A stretch of 63,998 nucleotides of DNA, counting the filler, from Barthelona sp. PAP020 (Eukaryota): NCBI GenBank assembly GCA_040182905.1. It is 4 parts of 4 records of this genome, joined end to end, with 100 filler letters (N's around TTAATTAATTAA, not from the genome) between each part and the next. Parts side by side here need not be neighbours in the genome. Positions count along the whole stretch, not along the records: positions 17,450 to 34,782 come from JARQWU010000244.1; positions 34,883 to 52,142 come from JARQWU010000245.1; 2 more parts are not named here. One strand, given 5' to 3'. A model generated the notes under the pieces. The model was given only the letters and a program-made list of their open reading frames with translations. It did no database searches and had not been told where the DNA came from. Position 1 is the first letter of the stretch; each line of letters starts with the position of its first letter. The position numbers and the translations under genes are program-made. Positions 31,301 to 41,138 of the stretch are shown here, piece by piece.

Positions 31301-34190
31301 GCCGGAAAAATTCAAATATAATAACCGTCACGTGTTAGTTGTTGATGTGGAGCTTGCTGAAGAATACTTTGTTGTTCCAACTGTTATTAATTCAACCACA
31401 CTTAATATCACAACAGGAAGACTTCATTCTGACTACACTTCTGAAAACATTGTTATTACAAGTGGTAGTCAAGATATTTTAATTCCTTCTTCCGGTGATG
31501 TTTCAATGAAAGTTGATTTGGTTAGTGGATATGTTTATGATGCTTATAGATTATTACAATTGGTAAATGATTCAACACAGATTGCCCAAGATATCTGTGA
31601 AAGATTTGGTTTGGACGTTGATATTGAAGCATTATGTGTCAAAGAAATTCTCAAAACAAAAGACCCTAAAACTGGTTTCACTCCCGTGTACAAGTATTAC
31701 TTTATCGAACATTTATACACTCAAAAGACTTGTGATATTTTAAATGTGACATCAGTTAATGTTACAGCCATTGATTCACAAGTTTTAAGTCGTCAAAAAT
31801 CAATTTCATTTGGAGGTTATGAATGGTTTACCATTAATCAGGAATCACCAAGTTCTATTGAACACCACCAAGGAGAATCCATTGCATTGGATAGATTGGT
31901 AGAAATTGCTCCTTGGAGTCCTGAAGCTCGTGCAATTGCTGCCACTGCTCATGCATCTGTTGATAGTTTTATTTTGGGTGATCATAGAACTGTGTCTTCT
32001 AGATTATCACCCAATGAACCAAAAGGAAAAATTGTACGTTCTGGTCCTCGTGGACAGTGTTTGAGAACAACTGATGAACATTTGCATATCTTAACACGTA
32101 CTCCGACTGAATTTGGTTATCCTAGCATATTTAATCCATCATTTGAAGATGATGTTTTGAATTGGGAAATTGAAAGAGGTGATTGGGTTATTACAACGAA
32201 TGCTAGTCGTTCAGGTAAGAAATCTTTATTTGTTAGAGTTAACAACAGCACAAACGGAACATTTAGCATTAGTCAAAAGAAGACAGTACATAATATGAAG
32301 GCCCCGTTTGCTGTTCGTTGTTATTCAAAGAGTGTTGATGCTGATGAAGTGAAGTTTCATAATTTCTATCAACCCTCATACAGTATCGTTGTGAAAGTTG
32401 AATATTCTGATTCTACTGAAGATTTGTTCTTCAACAATTACCATTTACAGACCCATGATTTCGAACCAAGCATTGTCGAAGTAATTCCTTCAAAAGAAAT
32501 GACCTCGTTCAGTGTTATTTTACAAGTCCAAAATATGACAGGTGAGTTTTGGTTTGATGATGTTTCTATCATTCGTCCCAGTACTAATCTCCTATTAAAT
32601 CCTTCATTTGATTTGACAGTGATCAATGAATGGTTCCCCTTGAACTTAACTATCTCATATGATGGTTGGGAAGAAATAGAGACTATTTGGCTCAGGGATG
32701 ATCATAGATATGCTCAATTTTGGGAAGGTTATGGAGGATCTGCTTATGATTGTTCACATGTAACTGTTGTTCCTCGTTTAGCTAGTTCTCGTGGTTGGAG
32801 TCTTTTGATGAATAGAACTACTCAAGAACAAAGAGATAAAGGAGAACATGGTGCAAGACAAGTCTTGATTTTAAATCAAACTTCTTCTTCTTCTCAAATG
32901 GTTTATCTTGGAGGTTGGTCTAAGTCTTTTGAAGTCAATGCAAATGAATCTGTTCGTTATTCCATGGTTATGGATATTATCTTCCAAGATGGTACCAAAA
33001 TTCTTGGACAAACTATTACATTCCCTACGCAAACTCATGAGTATGTGTATCGTGATATAGCTGTTGAAATTGATGGTGCTGTTAAAGAAGTTATTGTTTA
33101 TTGTCGTTTTAAAGAATCTGGAATTGTCTGGTTTGATGAAGTATATCTTACCATTCTTCCTTTAGAAACTGGTAAACATACCAATTTAAGAGGTGTATTT
33201 GGAGATCCTCATATTTTGACGTTTGATGATGAATTATATGAGATGCAAGAAGGTGGTGAATATGTTTTGACTCATTATAAGCGTACGCTAATCAACACTC
33301 GTTATCAAAAAATCTCTGCAGATGCTTCGGTTACTAAAGCTGTTGCTATTCGATTTGAAGAAGATAAGATTGAAGTTATTCAAGAAAGTGGATCAGAAAC
33401 TCCAAAATTATACATTAATGGCCGATTAAATATGCTCTTTGATCAAAAATTACAAGATAATACCGTAATCACTATTGAGAACATAGCTGATCAACCTTCA
33501 ATAGTTATTCAATACAATAAAAATTTGGTTCGTATTGATTCTAGAAAGTCTATCAATGGAAATTATCTCGTCGTGTTAGTTTCATTATCCGAAGAACATA
33601 AAGGTGTTGTTAGAGGTCTAATGTGTGATTACGATGGTGCTAAAACTTGTTCTCCAAGAAATGAAGGTGAAGCATTTGCTGAATCTTGGAGGTTAGAAGT
33701 CAATGATGATTTGAACTTGTTTACACCAGAATTGAGACCTACAACATCTTTAGATTCATTTAATGCTGATTCTACTGCAAGTGTTAATGTTTTAACATAT
33801 GATGAAGCTAAAAAGAACTGTTTAGAAAACGGTGGTGCAAATGCTGGAAAGAATGACGCCTCTTTAATCAATGACGAGATGTTAGAAACTTGCATTTTTG
33901 ATCTGATGAATTCAGGTGATGTGGCCTTCTCTGATAATTTATACTTATTGCAATCTACTTTGCAAAAGACAGAGGCCTCTATTTATGTTGAAAGTTCAAG
34001 TATTCTTGAAACCTCATATTTGAAATACTACATTGGTGGTGGTGTGGTTATTTGTGCCATATTATCAATTTTGGCAGTTGTTTTGATTTTCAAAAGGAAA
34101 AGAAAAGCCAAAAGGTTCTTAGATAACAATAGCAATATCAGACCTTTGAATCCCACTTTTATTTCTGTGAACCCAAAGAACAAGATGTAA
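28365..34190 (+). CDS. 1941-aa type I surface protein: DUF4114-like domain, internal repeats, CBM4/9-like modules, vWD domain(s)
   Basis: Signal peptide; FLYEGAGYKNQVGYF...GFEDLYNQGDGDFEDVVF (DUF4114-like); two NPSF[ED]...WFD[DE]V modules; FGDPHILTFD...VRGLMCDYDG...FAESWR (vWD); C-terminal TM followed by KRKRK. Confidence 0.82.
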   Translation: MFFKSNCILVWFIVFLTCYGTVTHKKYNYMKNYLKDSPNSEVFNALNNEGLFTLKKTGSFNISYYPKSAASEKFGYFYINPNNNSQRTKVEVFSKLPKDDSFKTVGPFVKDTIIGFYVDIPYQCTDPNSKNKKITCYETFYTDRTSNTYSTPFFAILQDFYNNDILYMGLGKESHRTKLLKLCKDGFNANSFAKQFSLSGQFIIDFDTDTLERYGHTTVDGYPVESCDPLVGTKYYREMDDALMKRIKKAMPSNKKVNPLFIDPTKDANIHFLTEGYVNFTFLYEGAGYKNQVGYFTYDPETFEIKEERIIFGDTSFRTDCLKTGDSSRFGPFPAGTNMGFFIRSNGASNPYNYKYYSLQRGPIINPDKKHHVAIFKDNETGTIVTGFEDLYNQGDGDFEDVVFTVHTEASIDTGNTVEIDGDGETIDKPDITSTVTNGTTEFASGDNSSPDRVDSSSMDGDYTVPSGWDIAGADNATIDVIISKPWGCHCMILSDLNCYSTQNGTVLGKNKNPIVIDSNNNKTIIIHLDNENVTKKILVSKDLNMTAYNKTKSNDVSTSCMSCCITHYVVPSGDGIFKFWGYEYAVLDGTAYNKGVVSDCELKINPPLQIPQGWELAVYDEVTKIVLSQTDVIFGINYVVTKEGYKISTLTGEKVSTCTGHLIEFNFSKKRYMASDKRIRVLLRRGTFQGDITPDQPNIEIKTENDTYAALDGDDLFTSVCQDVPFGVPVNYSIAIYNETTINLMKKGTFGTSCLFFADKKSRRYVPNLRDSSASIVDCDNELIETVISNVTFYSPLRCPARVLMIKKRPPKPAPVIVPEVKVEPPKFDMDVEGRHGYVADRIKTFEGGYYDVEAGNYTLLKFDFGIINARIENIIGMTGIEFTLKFGDVEYNVTVEGLINHTTNALPRIKVNGTVITSFESNYMNISCNGKLHDIGYPNIVEASSKNDFSITIETKFGVTIVIGAWDYQQVMYLDEMPEKFKYNNRHVLVVDVELAEEYFVVPTVINSTTLNITTGRLHSDYTSENIVITSGSQDILIPSSGDVSMKVDLVSGYVYDAYRLLQLVNDSTQIAQDICERFGLDVDIEALCVKEILKTKDPKTGFTPVYKYYFIEHLYTQKTCDILNVTSVNVTAIDSQVLSRQKSISFGGYEWFTINQESPSSIEHHQGESIALDRLVEIAPWSPEARAIAATAHASVDSFILGDHRTVSSRLSPNEPKGKIVRSGPRGQCLRTTDEHLHILTRTPTEFGYPSIFNPSFEDDVLNWEIERGDWVITTNASRSGKKSLFVRVNNSTNGTFSISQKKTVHNMKAPFAVRCYSKSVDADEVKFHNFYQPSYSIVVKVEYSDSTEDLFFNNYHLQTHDFEPSIVEVIPSKEMTSFSVILQVQNMTGEFWFDDVSIIRPSTNLLLNPSFDLTVINEWFPLNLTISYDGWEEIETIWLRDDHRYAQFWEGYGGSAYDCSHVTVVPRLASSRGWSLLMNRTTQEQRDKGEHGARQVLILNQTSSSSQMVYLGGWSKSFEVNANESVRYSMVMDIIFQDGTKILGQTITFPTQTHEYVYRDIAVEIDGAVKEVIVYCRFKESGIVWFDEVYLTILPLETGKHTNLRGVFGDPHILTFDDELYEMQEGGEYVLTHYKRTLINTRYQKISADASVTKAVAIRFEEDKIEVIQESGSETPKLYINGRLNMLFDQKLQDNTVITIENIADQPSIVIQYNKNLVRIDSRKSINGNYLVVLVSLSEEHKGVVRGLMCDYDGAKTCSPRNEGEAFAESWRLEVNDDLNLFTPELRPTTSLDSFNADSTASVNVLTYDEAKKNCLENGGANAGKNDASLINDEMLETCIFDLMNSGDVAFSDNLYLLQSTLQKTEASIYVESSSILETSYLKYYIGGGVVICAILSILAVVLIFKRKRKAKRFLDNNSNIRPLNPTFISVNPKNKM

Positions 34191-34782
34191 TTTTTAAAAC
34201 AAAGAGTAAAAGTATTGTATTTTTAATTTTTAATTGCGGTTATCTGTATTCTTTAACGAAACTATATATTATGGAGCTGATGTCAACTTAAGTAGGAATA
34301 ATGGGATGTAAAGTTTAAACTTTGAAATTTTACTTTTTGCAAATACACAAAATAGCAGGGTCAGGAATTCTTTCCCAAAGACACAACCTGGATCCATACA
34401 ATATACTTTCAGTCTGGATCTCACACCTTGACTTTTTTGCCGAAATTGACTAAAATGACTCTTTAGGTTTCTTTTCACTGTAAATAAGTTTATGTCATTA
34501 CTGGAGCAAAGTATCATACCACTTTTATCTTTTCCTAAAGTAACGATACCGATTGTTGGAGTCCAACACAACAAGAACAAAAAACAATAATAAATGATGT
34601 TGTCTTTATTTATTTAAATTGAAGGTTATCACATTAACAACATAAGAGGCTCATTGAAGAAGTGAAAAAGGTTTCTTCGATTTAAGAAAAAAAGAACATT
34701 TGATGGATATACATCGCACAGTTGCAAGTTCAATTTGTGTATTTTGTGAGCATAAATATGTCAATACCATCACTATATCAAC

Positions 34783-34882
34783 NNNNNNNNNNNNNNNNNN
34801 NNNNNNNNNNNNNNNNNNNNNNNNNNTTAATTAATTAANNNNNNNNNNNNNNNNNNNNNNNNNNNNNNNNNNNNNNNNNNNN
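34783..34882. other. Assembly spacer
   Basis: Ns flanking TTAATTAATTAA. Confidence 0.97.
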
Positions 34883-34992
34883 ATGAATTCGTCAGCCTTA
34901 CGCTCAAACTCCATTTGTTCATCTTCAAAATCGGATACATAAGCATCAGATTCATCAGATTCAAGGATAGGATTTCTCTTAACTGGTGGCAT
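34883..34992 (-). CDS. 5' fragment of an acidic protein, runs into gap
   Basis: MPPVKRNPILESDESDAYVSDFEDEQMEFERKADEF, open to the gap; divergent from RPS10. Confidence 0.6.
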
Positions 34993-35186
34993 ATTCAATC
35001 AAAAAAAAACTCAGTTGTCATTTTTAATTTAGACAAAATATAAAAAGTATTTGAAAGTTTTACGTGCTCCAAAAAAAAGTATTTTCTTCAAAAACAAAAG
35101 AACAACAAACAAAAAAAAAAGTGAAAACAAATTGAAAAAAATTTCACAAAAAATTCCTTCTTCTATTTTTTTGATTGCATTGAATC

Positions 35187-35577
35187 ATGTTAGTTCCCAA
35201 ACAAAATCGTCGTGCTATTTATGAATATCTCTTTCATAGTATGTTTTTGTGACCAATTTTATTTTGCCTAAATTTTTATGGTTTTTCGTTGACTAATTTT
35301 TCTAGATGGTGTTGTCTGTGTTGAAGAAAAGATCACTATGGCTGAAAATCCTCGTATTAACGTTCCCAATCTTGAAGTTCTTATGATTTTGAAGTCTCTT
35401 GAATCTAAGAAATTAGTTCGTAAGGTTTTCAACTGGAGATTCAGATATTACTTCATTACTGATGCTGGTATTTCTTATATTCGTGAATACTTAGGAATTA
35501 GTGACAAGGTTGTTCCTAATCCCATGATTCCTCAAAGAAAGACTAACAAGCCTCGCACCAGAAGACCTAGAGCTTGA
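35187..35577 (+). CDS. RPS10: 40S ribosomal protein eS10; intron 35239-35305
   Basis: Exon 1 MLVPKQNRRAIYEYLFH joins across a 67-nt GTATGT...GACTAATTTTTCTAG intron to NGVVCV...VPNLEVLMILKSLES...FNWRFRYYFITDAGISYIREYLG. Confidence 0.95.
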
Positions 35578-35773
35578 TTATTTACTTGAGGTTTATTATG
35601 AAATAGTAATAAAAACTGAATGATTCATTTATTTTTCTTTTAAATATCCATTGTATAAATTTTGTCAAATGCGGTTATTCAAAAGTAACACATAACAATT
35701 CCTAAAAAAAAAATACAAATTTATATAAAATGATAAATTGAACAAAACAGTACAAATAACAACTCAAAACTAT

Positions 35774-36313
35774 TTAAGAATCAGATGAAGATGTTTCATT
35801 CATATCAATAAGCATTTCTTCAGTGTAAGTTTCAGGAATTGTCTTGTAAATTAGATTTAAAACTCGTGATAAACCATCAGGATGGGATTTAACAGAAGTT
35901 TTCACTGTAACACTGAAAGTAGCTGATGTGTCAGTTTTTCTTTTGACGCTAGATGAAGCTGCTACAGCACCTTTGTATTTTACACCAGTTTTTGTGGTTC
36001 CTGATGTTTCATCCTTGCCATATTCTTGTATTTTAACTGTCTCTGATGCTGAAAGTGATGCTGAAAAACTGATATCAACATCTTTCACCTCCAAAAGAGG
36101 AATATCAACAAGAGAAAGAGTTGGTACAGATATTGAATATTGTTGTTGATCACTTGATGGAATAGTCCATTTCATGGTGGTAGTGGGACAATCAGCTTGA
36201 ACAGTTCTCAAAAATGACAATGTATTTTCATTCAAAGCATATTGTGCTTCGGCCACTGCTGATAACGGTGCATAAACAAGTTCTTTCAAATCGTATCCAG
36301 GAAGTCCATTCAT
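35774..36313 (-). CDS. DUF2589-like protein (mainly bacterial family)
   Basis: LKELVYAPLSAVAEAQ, SISVPTLSLVDIPLLEVKDVDISF, RKTDTSATFSVTVK, PDGLSRVLNLI match the DUF2589 pattern. First ATG at 36313. Confidence 0.75.
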   Translation of the reverse strand: MNGLPGYDLKELVYAPLSAVAEAQYALNENTLSFLRTVQADCPTTTMKWTIPSSDQQQYSISVPTLSLVDIPLLEVKDVDISFSASLSASETVKIQEYGKDETSGTTKTGVKYKGAVAASSSVKRKTDTSATFSVTVKTSVKSHPDGLSRVLNLIYKTIPETYTEEMLIDMNETSSSDS

Positions 36314-36496
36314 TAGACAAAGAAAAAAACTTTGAAAAAAAAATGACAGGTTATTGCAACAAATCAATTTATCTTCTCAAAGTATTTTAAAGAAAAGCAC
36401 ATCAAAATAGTTTGAACAAAAAAATTAACTTATTTGTTGAAACTGAATATTTTGCATCTCCAAAAGGGAAGAAACTTTTTTTTTTACCTTCTTCGA

Positions 36497-37072
36497 ATGG
36501 ACTTGTAAGTTTGTATTTAAATAATACGCATGAATAACATATTTAGAAAATTAATGGAAATATATGAATATTGTATTGAAAATGAGATTATAGGACCTTT
36601 TTTTTGTGAATCTAATGCTGATTATTCATGTAAATTTGCTAAAGATAGTCCTTTTTTCTCATCAACAATACCATCTATGGGAGTGCTAGCGTACATGCAC
36701 AGAATTCAAAATTATGCAAATTGCAGTGCTTCTGCATTGATCGCTGCTGGAATTTATTTGGACAGAGTTATGATTATGAATCCTGAAATAATGGTTAATA
36801 ATTTTTCATTTCATCGTTTATTTTTAACAGCTGTTGTTCTTGCAGCCAAATATTTTGATGATAAATTTTTCACCAACAATTATTATTCACGAGTTGGTGG
36901 TATTAAAATAACGGAATTGAACAAATTGGAAATTGAATTATTATTTTTGTTGAAATTTTCTCTTCAAATTTCAACTGAAGAATTTGAAAACTTTTGTAAT
37001 AGTATTGAAGAATCCTATTTTAACATATTTTTATGTGATTCTGATTGTTGTTCCACCATTTTAAAAAAGTGA
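36497..37072 (+). CDS. Cyclin, Pho80/CYCP(U)-type; probable intron 36505-36546
   Basis: PSMGVLAYMHRIQNYANCS, IYLDR, FHRLFLTAVVLAAKYFDDKFFTNNYYSRVGGI...LNKLE. A 42-nt GTAAGT...ATAACATATTTAG intron links an MDL mini-exon in frame; the unspliced alternative start is 36530. Confidence 0.9.
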
Positions 37073-37413
37073 GTGATGAAAGCAGACATTTGTCAAATTT
37101 GATGGCAGAAAATATCTTTCACCCTTTTAAATTTATTTTTTTTTTTTTGTTCCTTGTGTCATATGATTTATGAAAATTATGTATTGATTTTTTGTTGTTT
37201 GTCCTCATTCACATGAATCTTATCAAAGTTGTCAGATGTCTGGACATTTTGATTTTCTTTTTTGCCTTTTTTTTTTTGTATAAATATGGATTTAAGTAAG
37301 TTTTTAAATTTGTAAAGTTTTTTCTTTTTCAAATTCTATGTTGTTAAAAAATTGAAAAAAAATTAAAATGAACTACATTTACATATATTTACAACAATAA
37401 CGGCACCAAATGT

Positions 37414-40400
37414 TTAAGTTTTGCCTAATTTAGCTCTTCTCAAAGCCAATTGGTCCTCCAATTCTCCCATGAAAATGGCATCCAAAAATCCAGATTGATT
37501 CTTCAAATTTCCTGCACCAATTTTTCTTAATTTTTCTTTTCCATGTTTAGCAATCAAAGCTTCCCTTTCACCAATTGCGTCTGAAACTTTTTCTTGAGAT
37601 TTTTGAGGAGCTTCTTCCTTTTCTTCTTTTTCATTTGGAATCGTTGGAGCCTTTCTCCTTTTTTGTCTTCTAAGTTCCTTTTGCTCTTCTTCTAACAAAT
37701 CTGACAACTTGGCTTTGGTGGCTTTAAACAAATCATTAATGATAGCCATGAATTCTACAAAATCAAGAGCTGTTTTTTCTCCAAAATAGGCCAACACTTC
37801 ATTTGTTTCATTTTCCGCCAATTTAAACGTTTTTTGAAGTTCAATAAATAATTCTCTGACAGAATCATCTGTTTGTCTCAAGAAATTCACTACCGGATCT
37901 TCATTATCAACATCTTGCAAAAAGCGATTCAAGGTATTAATTTTTTCGTTTAAATTTCCAATATTTTGGCCAGTAGCTGTTAAATCTACTCTCAAAGCTC
38001 GTTCAATTGCAATTTGAAAATCGTCAATCCAGCTCAAACAACTTCTGTAAACACTATTTTTAAATAAATGTTCAACAATAAATTCCAAAGCACTTTCACC
38101 TGAAGTTTTTCCCTTTAAATCAAACAAACACTTGTAATTGCTCAATAGAAATCCATATGCACCTCCATATCGAGATCCTCCATTTAAAATATTGCCAAAC
38201 TTCAACAAAGCACTCAAAAATTTGTGAAAATTCTCATTTGATTTCAATAAATTACATATTTCTAGCATTTTTCCACAATCATTCAATTCTACATCAATAT
38301 CTGAAGCCAAAGTCTTCGCCAAAATAATAGCCTCAGTTCGCTTTTCCACATCTGGTATTGATGATATTTGCAGCACTAACTTATCAGGAACCCCCAATAA
38401 TTCAATATCATCATTATAAGCTGCAATTTCTTCAATTTCTTCAGATGTGGGAACAAAGGTCTGTAATTTCCTCAATAAATCTGTTTCCAACGTATCAGGT
38501 GGATTCCACAACAACTTATAAATCTCATTATTGCTCATTTTCAAGGTTCCAAACACAATTCCAATCTGTTGTCGACGACTTCCATTTAGTATCGATTTTG
38601 TTTGAGGTTTGTTTGAAGTTTCTTTTTGAACTGATTCAGATTCGGTTATCTTCTTTTCAAAATCAGCATTCAAATCCTCTTCAATGAAAACCTCTTCCAA
38701 AACAGGATCATCATCGGTGACATCTTTTTCCCAAATAGTACCATCAATCTTTTTATCCACAATTTTTGTCCACCTCAACGCTCTCAAAGGTTTTGAATGA
38801 GATTTATTTTGTTTTTTTGGCCTTTTGGGATCACGTTTGACTTTAAGATTACTTCCAATCATTGGAGATCCCATGGGTAAACCCAACGGTGGTCCTGTAA
38901 TTGGTCCAGAGGGTAGTCCCATTGGTGGTCCTGTAGGTGGTCCTGTAGGTGGTCCCATTGGTGGTACAGAAGGTGGTCCCATTGATGGTGGACCTAGAGG
39001 TGGTCCCATTGTTGGTGGACCTATTGGTGGTCCAGAAGGTGGTCCTGTAGGTGGTCCCATTGGTGGTCCCATTGGTGGTCCTGTAGGTGGACCCATTGGT
39101 GGTCCAGAAGGTGGTCCAGAAGGTGGTCCTAATGATGGTGGGCCCATTAAAGGTGTTGTGGATGGTTCAATTTGTGGTTCAAAACTTTTTTCTGTGGAAG
39201 TGACTGCAGATGAAGAATTGACTGACAAAGCTTGAGATTTAGTTTCATCACAAATAACATTCATTTTTTTAAGATTTTCAACAGTTTGTTGAAGGTTTTG
39301 AATAGAATTACTTTGTTTCTGCAATTCTTGATTTAAAATAACATTTTGTTTTTGATATCCTTCCAATTCTGAAATCTTGGCATGTAACCTTAAAATGGCT
39401 TGATCCTTTGAAGCCATTTCATTGTCAATTTGCTGTTTTTCTTCCAAAACAGATTTGAATCTAGTTTTAGTTCTTGTAAGTTCAGTCATTATTGTTTCAA
39501 ATTCTGATCTTTGAGTCACTAATGAATCTATTTTTCCTTCCATTGATTCCCATTGCTCTTCATAATCTTCAAAGATGTCAGGAAGTTTAGAAGACAACAT
39601 GATACTTAATGATCGTTCTTTAGATTTACTCGTAGTACCACGATACTTCAAAGCCATTTGTACAGACTTCCATTCTTCAACTGAAGCTCCTCTTGATGCA
39701 CAATTGAATAGAACATTCATAATTGACAGCATAATTTCTTTGGAAGCAGTGTCATGCTCCAACAAATTCATCATGGCTGCACCAATAGTTTCTGCATCGT
39801 TTGGATCAATATTGGTCATTATCTCAGAAACAAATTTTTTATCTTCTTCATAATCATTATTAAATTGGATGATCAATCTGGCAATCTCCGGAATTTTAAT
39901 CATTTTACTCTGAATCTTCAAAAGACCTAATTTAATGAACTTTTCCCTAATAATATTACGCTTGTGTGGAAGTTCTTGAGAAGCAATAAATAAAAGAATA
40001 AAACTAAACAACATTTTCACAACTTCTGCTTCGGGATGTTGAATAAAACGAATAAAGATAGATAATGGATCACGCAATCGCCTTTTTTCACTGAAAGAAA
40101 CAAGAGTATCCAGCAACAAAGTGAAACCATCAGTAACAATCAAACCAGACAACATTTCAAAACAAATACAGATTCCATGTGGTTGAACACTGGGATAAAT
40201 GAGGCAACGCAATATCATCTCTAAAATTTGTACATTGTGCAAAATAATAGTCGAAAAAGTTTCATTGTTTGCAGCAGATCGAATGCATTGCAAACATTCA
40301 GTAATTATAGCCAAATCATCTTTTTTAGGTTTAGGAATTTCCAAAAAAGTTTTTAATATGCCAAGTAATAGGTCAATACCAGGACGTTGCTCAACAAATT

Positions 40401-40764
40401 CAGCCAACCATTCTTGTTTACATGTGCTTAACTGAACTCTCAACCCTCTCAGATTTTCAAGGGAAGGATCATCGGAAATGTTTTTGATATAATATTCAGG
40501 AAGACGAACTTTTGATGTGGATGAAGAACTTTCATTCTCACATACAACAATCCACTTCTGTTCAATGTCCATTAATTCCCACATACTTTCTGGTATCATT
40601 AAACTTTCTGCGGCTGCAATAAAATACTGTTCGACAATTTCTGGAGATGGAATTTTGGAAGGATCAAAATCGACAACCGTCAATGATGGAGGCGGTAACG
40701 GAGGAGGAACTCGTCTTTGTGGTGTTTTTGCTGCATTTGAAACAAAAAGCAACTGAAAACTCAT
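37414..40764 (-). CDS. Formin (GBD/FH3 - coiled coil - FH1 - FH2)
   Basis: LRGLRVQLST...WLAEFVE (GBD), GPP-repeat FH1, LRALRWTKI...GTIW, RRQQIGI, GNILNGGSRYGGAYGF (FH2). Confidence 0.92.
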   Translation of the reverse strand: MSFQLLFVSNAAKTPQRRVPPPLPPPSLTVVDFDPSKIPSPEIVEQYFIAAAESLMIPESMWELMDIEQKWIVVCENESSSSTSKVRLPEYYIKNISDDPSLENLRGLRVQLSTCKQEWLAEFVEQRPGIDLLLGILKTFLEIPKPKKDDLAIITECLQCIRSAANNETFSTIILHNVQILEMILRCLIYPSVQPHGICICFEMLSGLIVTDGFTLLLDTLVSFSEKRRLRDPLSIFIRFIQHPEAEVVKMLFSFILLFIASQELPHKRNIIREKFIKLGLLKIQSKMIKIPEIARLIIQFNNDYEEDKKFVSEIMTNIDPNDAETIGAAMMNLLEHDTASKEIMLSIMNVLFNCASRGASVEEWKSVQMALKYRGTTSKSKERSLSIMLSSKLPDIFEDYEEQWESMEGKIDSLVTQRSEFETIMTELTRTKTRFKSVLEEKQQIDNEMASKDQAILRLHAKISELEGYQKQNVILNQELQKQSNSIQNLQQTVENLKKMNVICDETKSQALSVNSSSAVTSTEKSFEPQIEPSTTPLMGPPSLGPPSGPPSGPPMGPPTGPPMGPPMGPPTGPPSGPPIGPPTMGPPLGPPSMGPPSVPPMGPPTGPPTGPPMGLPSGPITGPPLGLPMGSPMIGSNLKVKRDPKRPKKQNKSHSKPLRALRWTKIVDKKIDGTIWEKDVTDDDPVLEEVFIEEDLNADFEKKITESESVQKETSNKPQTKSILNGSRRQQIGIVFGTLKMSNNEIYKLLWNPPDTLETDLLRKLQTFVPTSEEIEEIAAYNDDIELLGVPDKLVLQISSIPDVEKRTEAIILAKTLASDIDVELNDCGKMLEICNLLKSNENFHKFLSALLKFGNILNGGSRYGGAYGFLLSNYKCLFDLKGKTSGESALEFIVEHLFKNSVYRSCLSWIDDFQIAIERALRVDLTATGQNIGNLNEKINTLNRFLQDVDNEDPVVNFLRQTDDSVRELFIELQKTFKLAENETNEVLAYFGEKTALDFVEFMAIINDLFKATKAKLSDLLEEEQKELRRQKRRKAPTIPNEKEEKEEAPQKSQEKVSDAIGEREALIAKHGKEKLRKIGAGNLKNQSGFLDAIFMGELEDQLALRRAKLGKT
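38868..39147 (-). repeat. 12-15-nt tandem repeats encoding (GPPx)n FH1 region
   Basis: Recurrent ggtggtcc/ggtggacc units on the + strand translating to GPP[S/M/T/I/L]. Confidence 0.9.
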
Positions 40765-41138
40765 GATATTTGGCTGAAAAAAAAAAGAGAATTTGGAAAA
40801 TTGAATAAAACTCCATGCTTTTGTTTCCCATTTTTTATAATTAGTTTAAATTGACAGATAAATGATTAAGTTATTTTTAAATTGATGCAATGCTAAAGAT
40901 ATTGAATGTTCAAAACAGAAATGAAACAAAAAGATGTAAATTCATTCAATTTCAGAAAAAAAAGTGGACCAATATTTATTTGAATTGTTTTAGACGCCAA
41001 AAAACAAAGTCAAAGTCATGAAAATTAACAATTGTTGTTCTCAACAAAACAATTTTGCAGAATTTTGGAAATTAACAAAATATAAAATGAAATAGTCTCA
41101 AGCACTTGTCTTAACAAGAAAATTAGTCTGAATATCAT

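Noticed and set aside
34260..34580. Ankyrin-like fragment YGADVNLSRNNG on + and a 103-aa ORF on -
   Set aside because: Single short motif followed by a stop; the - ORF has no ATG start or recognisable features.
38825..39235. Gly/Pro-rich 136-aa antisense ORF resembling collagen or silk
   Set aside because: Shadow of the formin GPPx repeats on the opposite strand.
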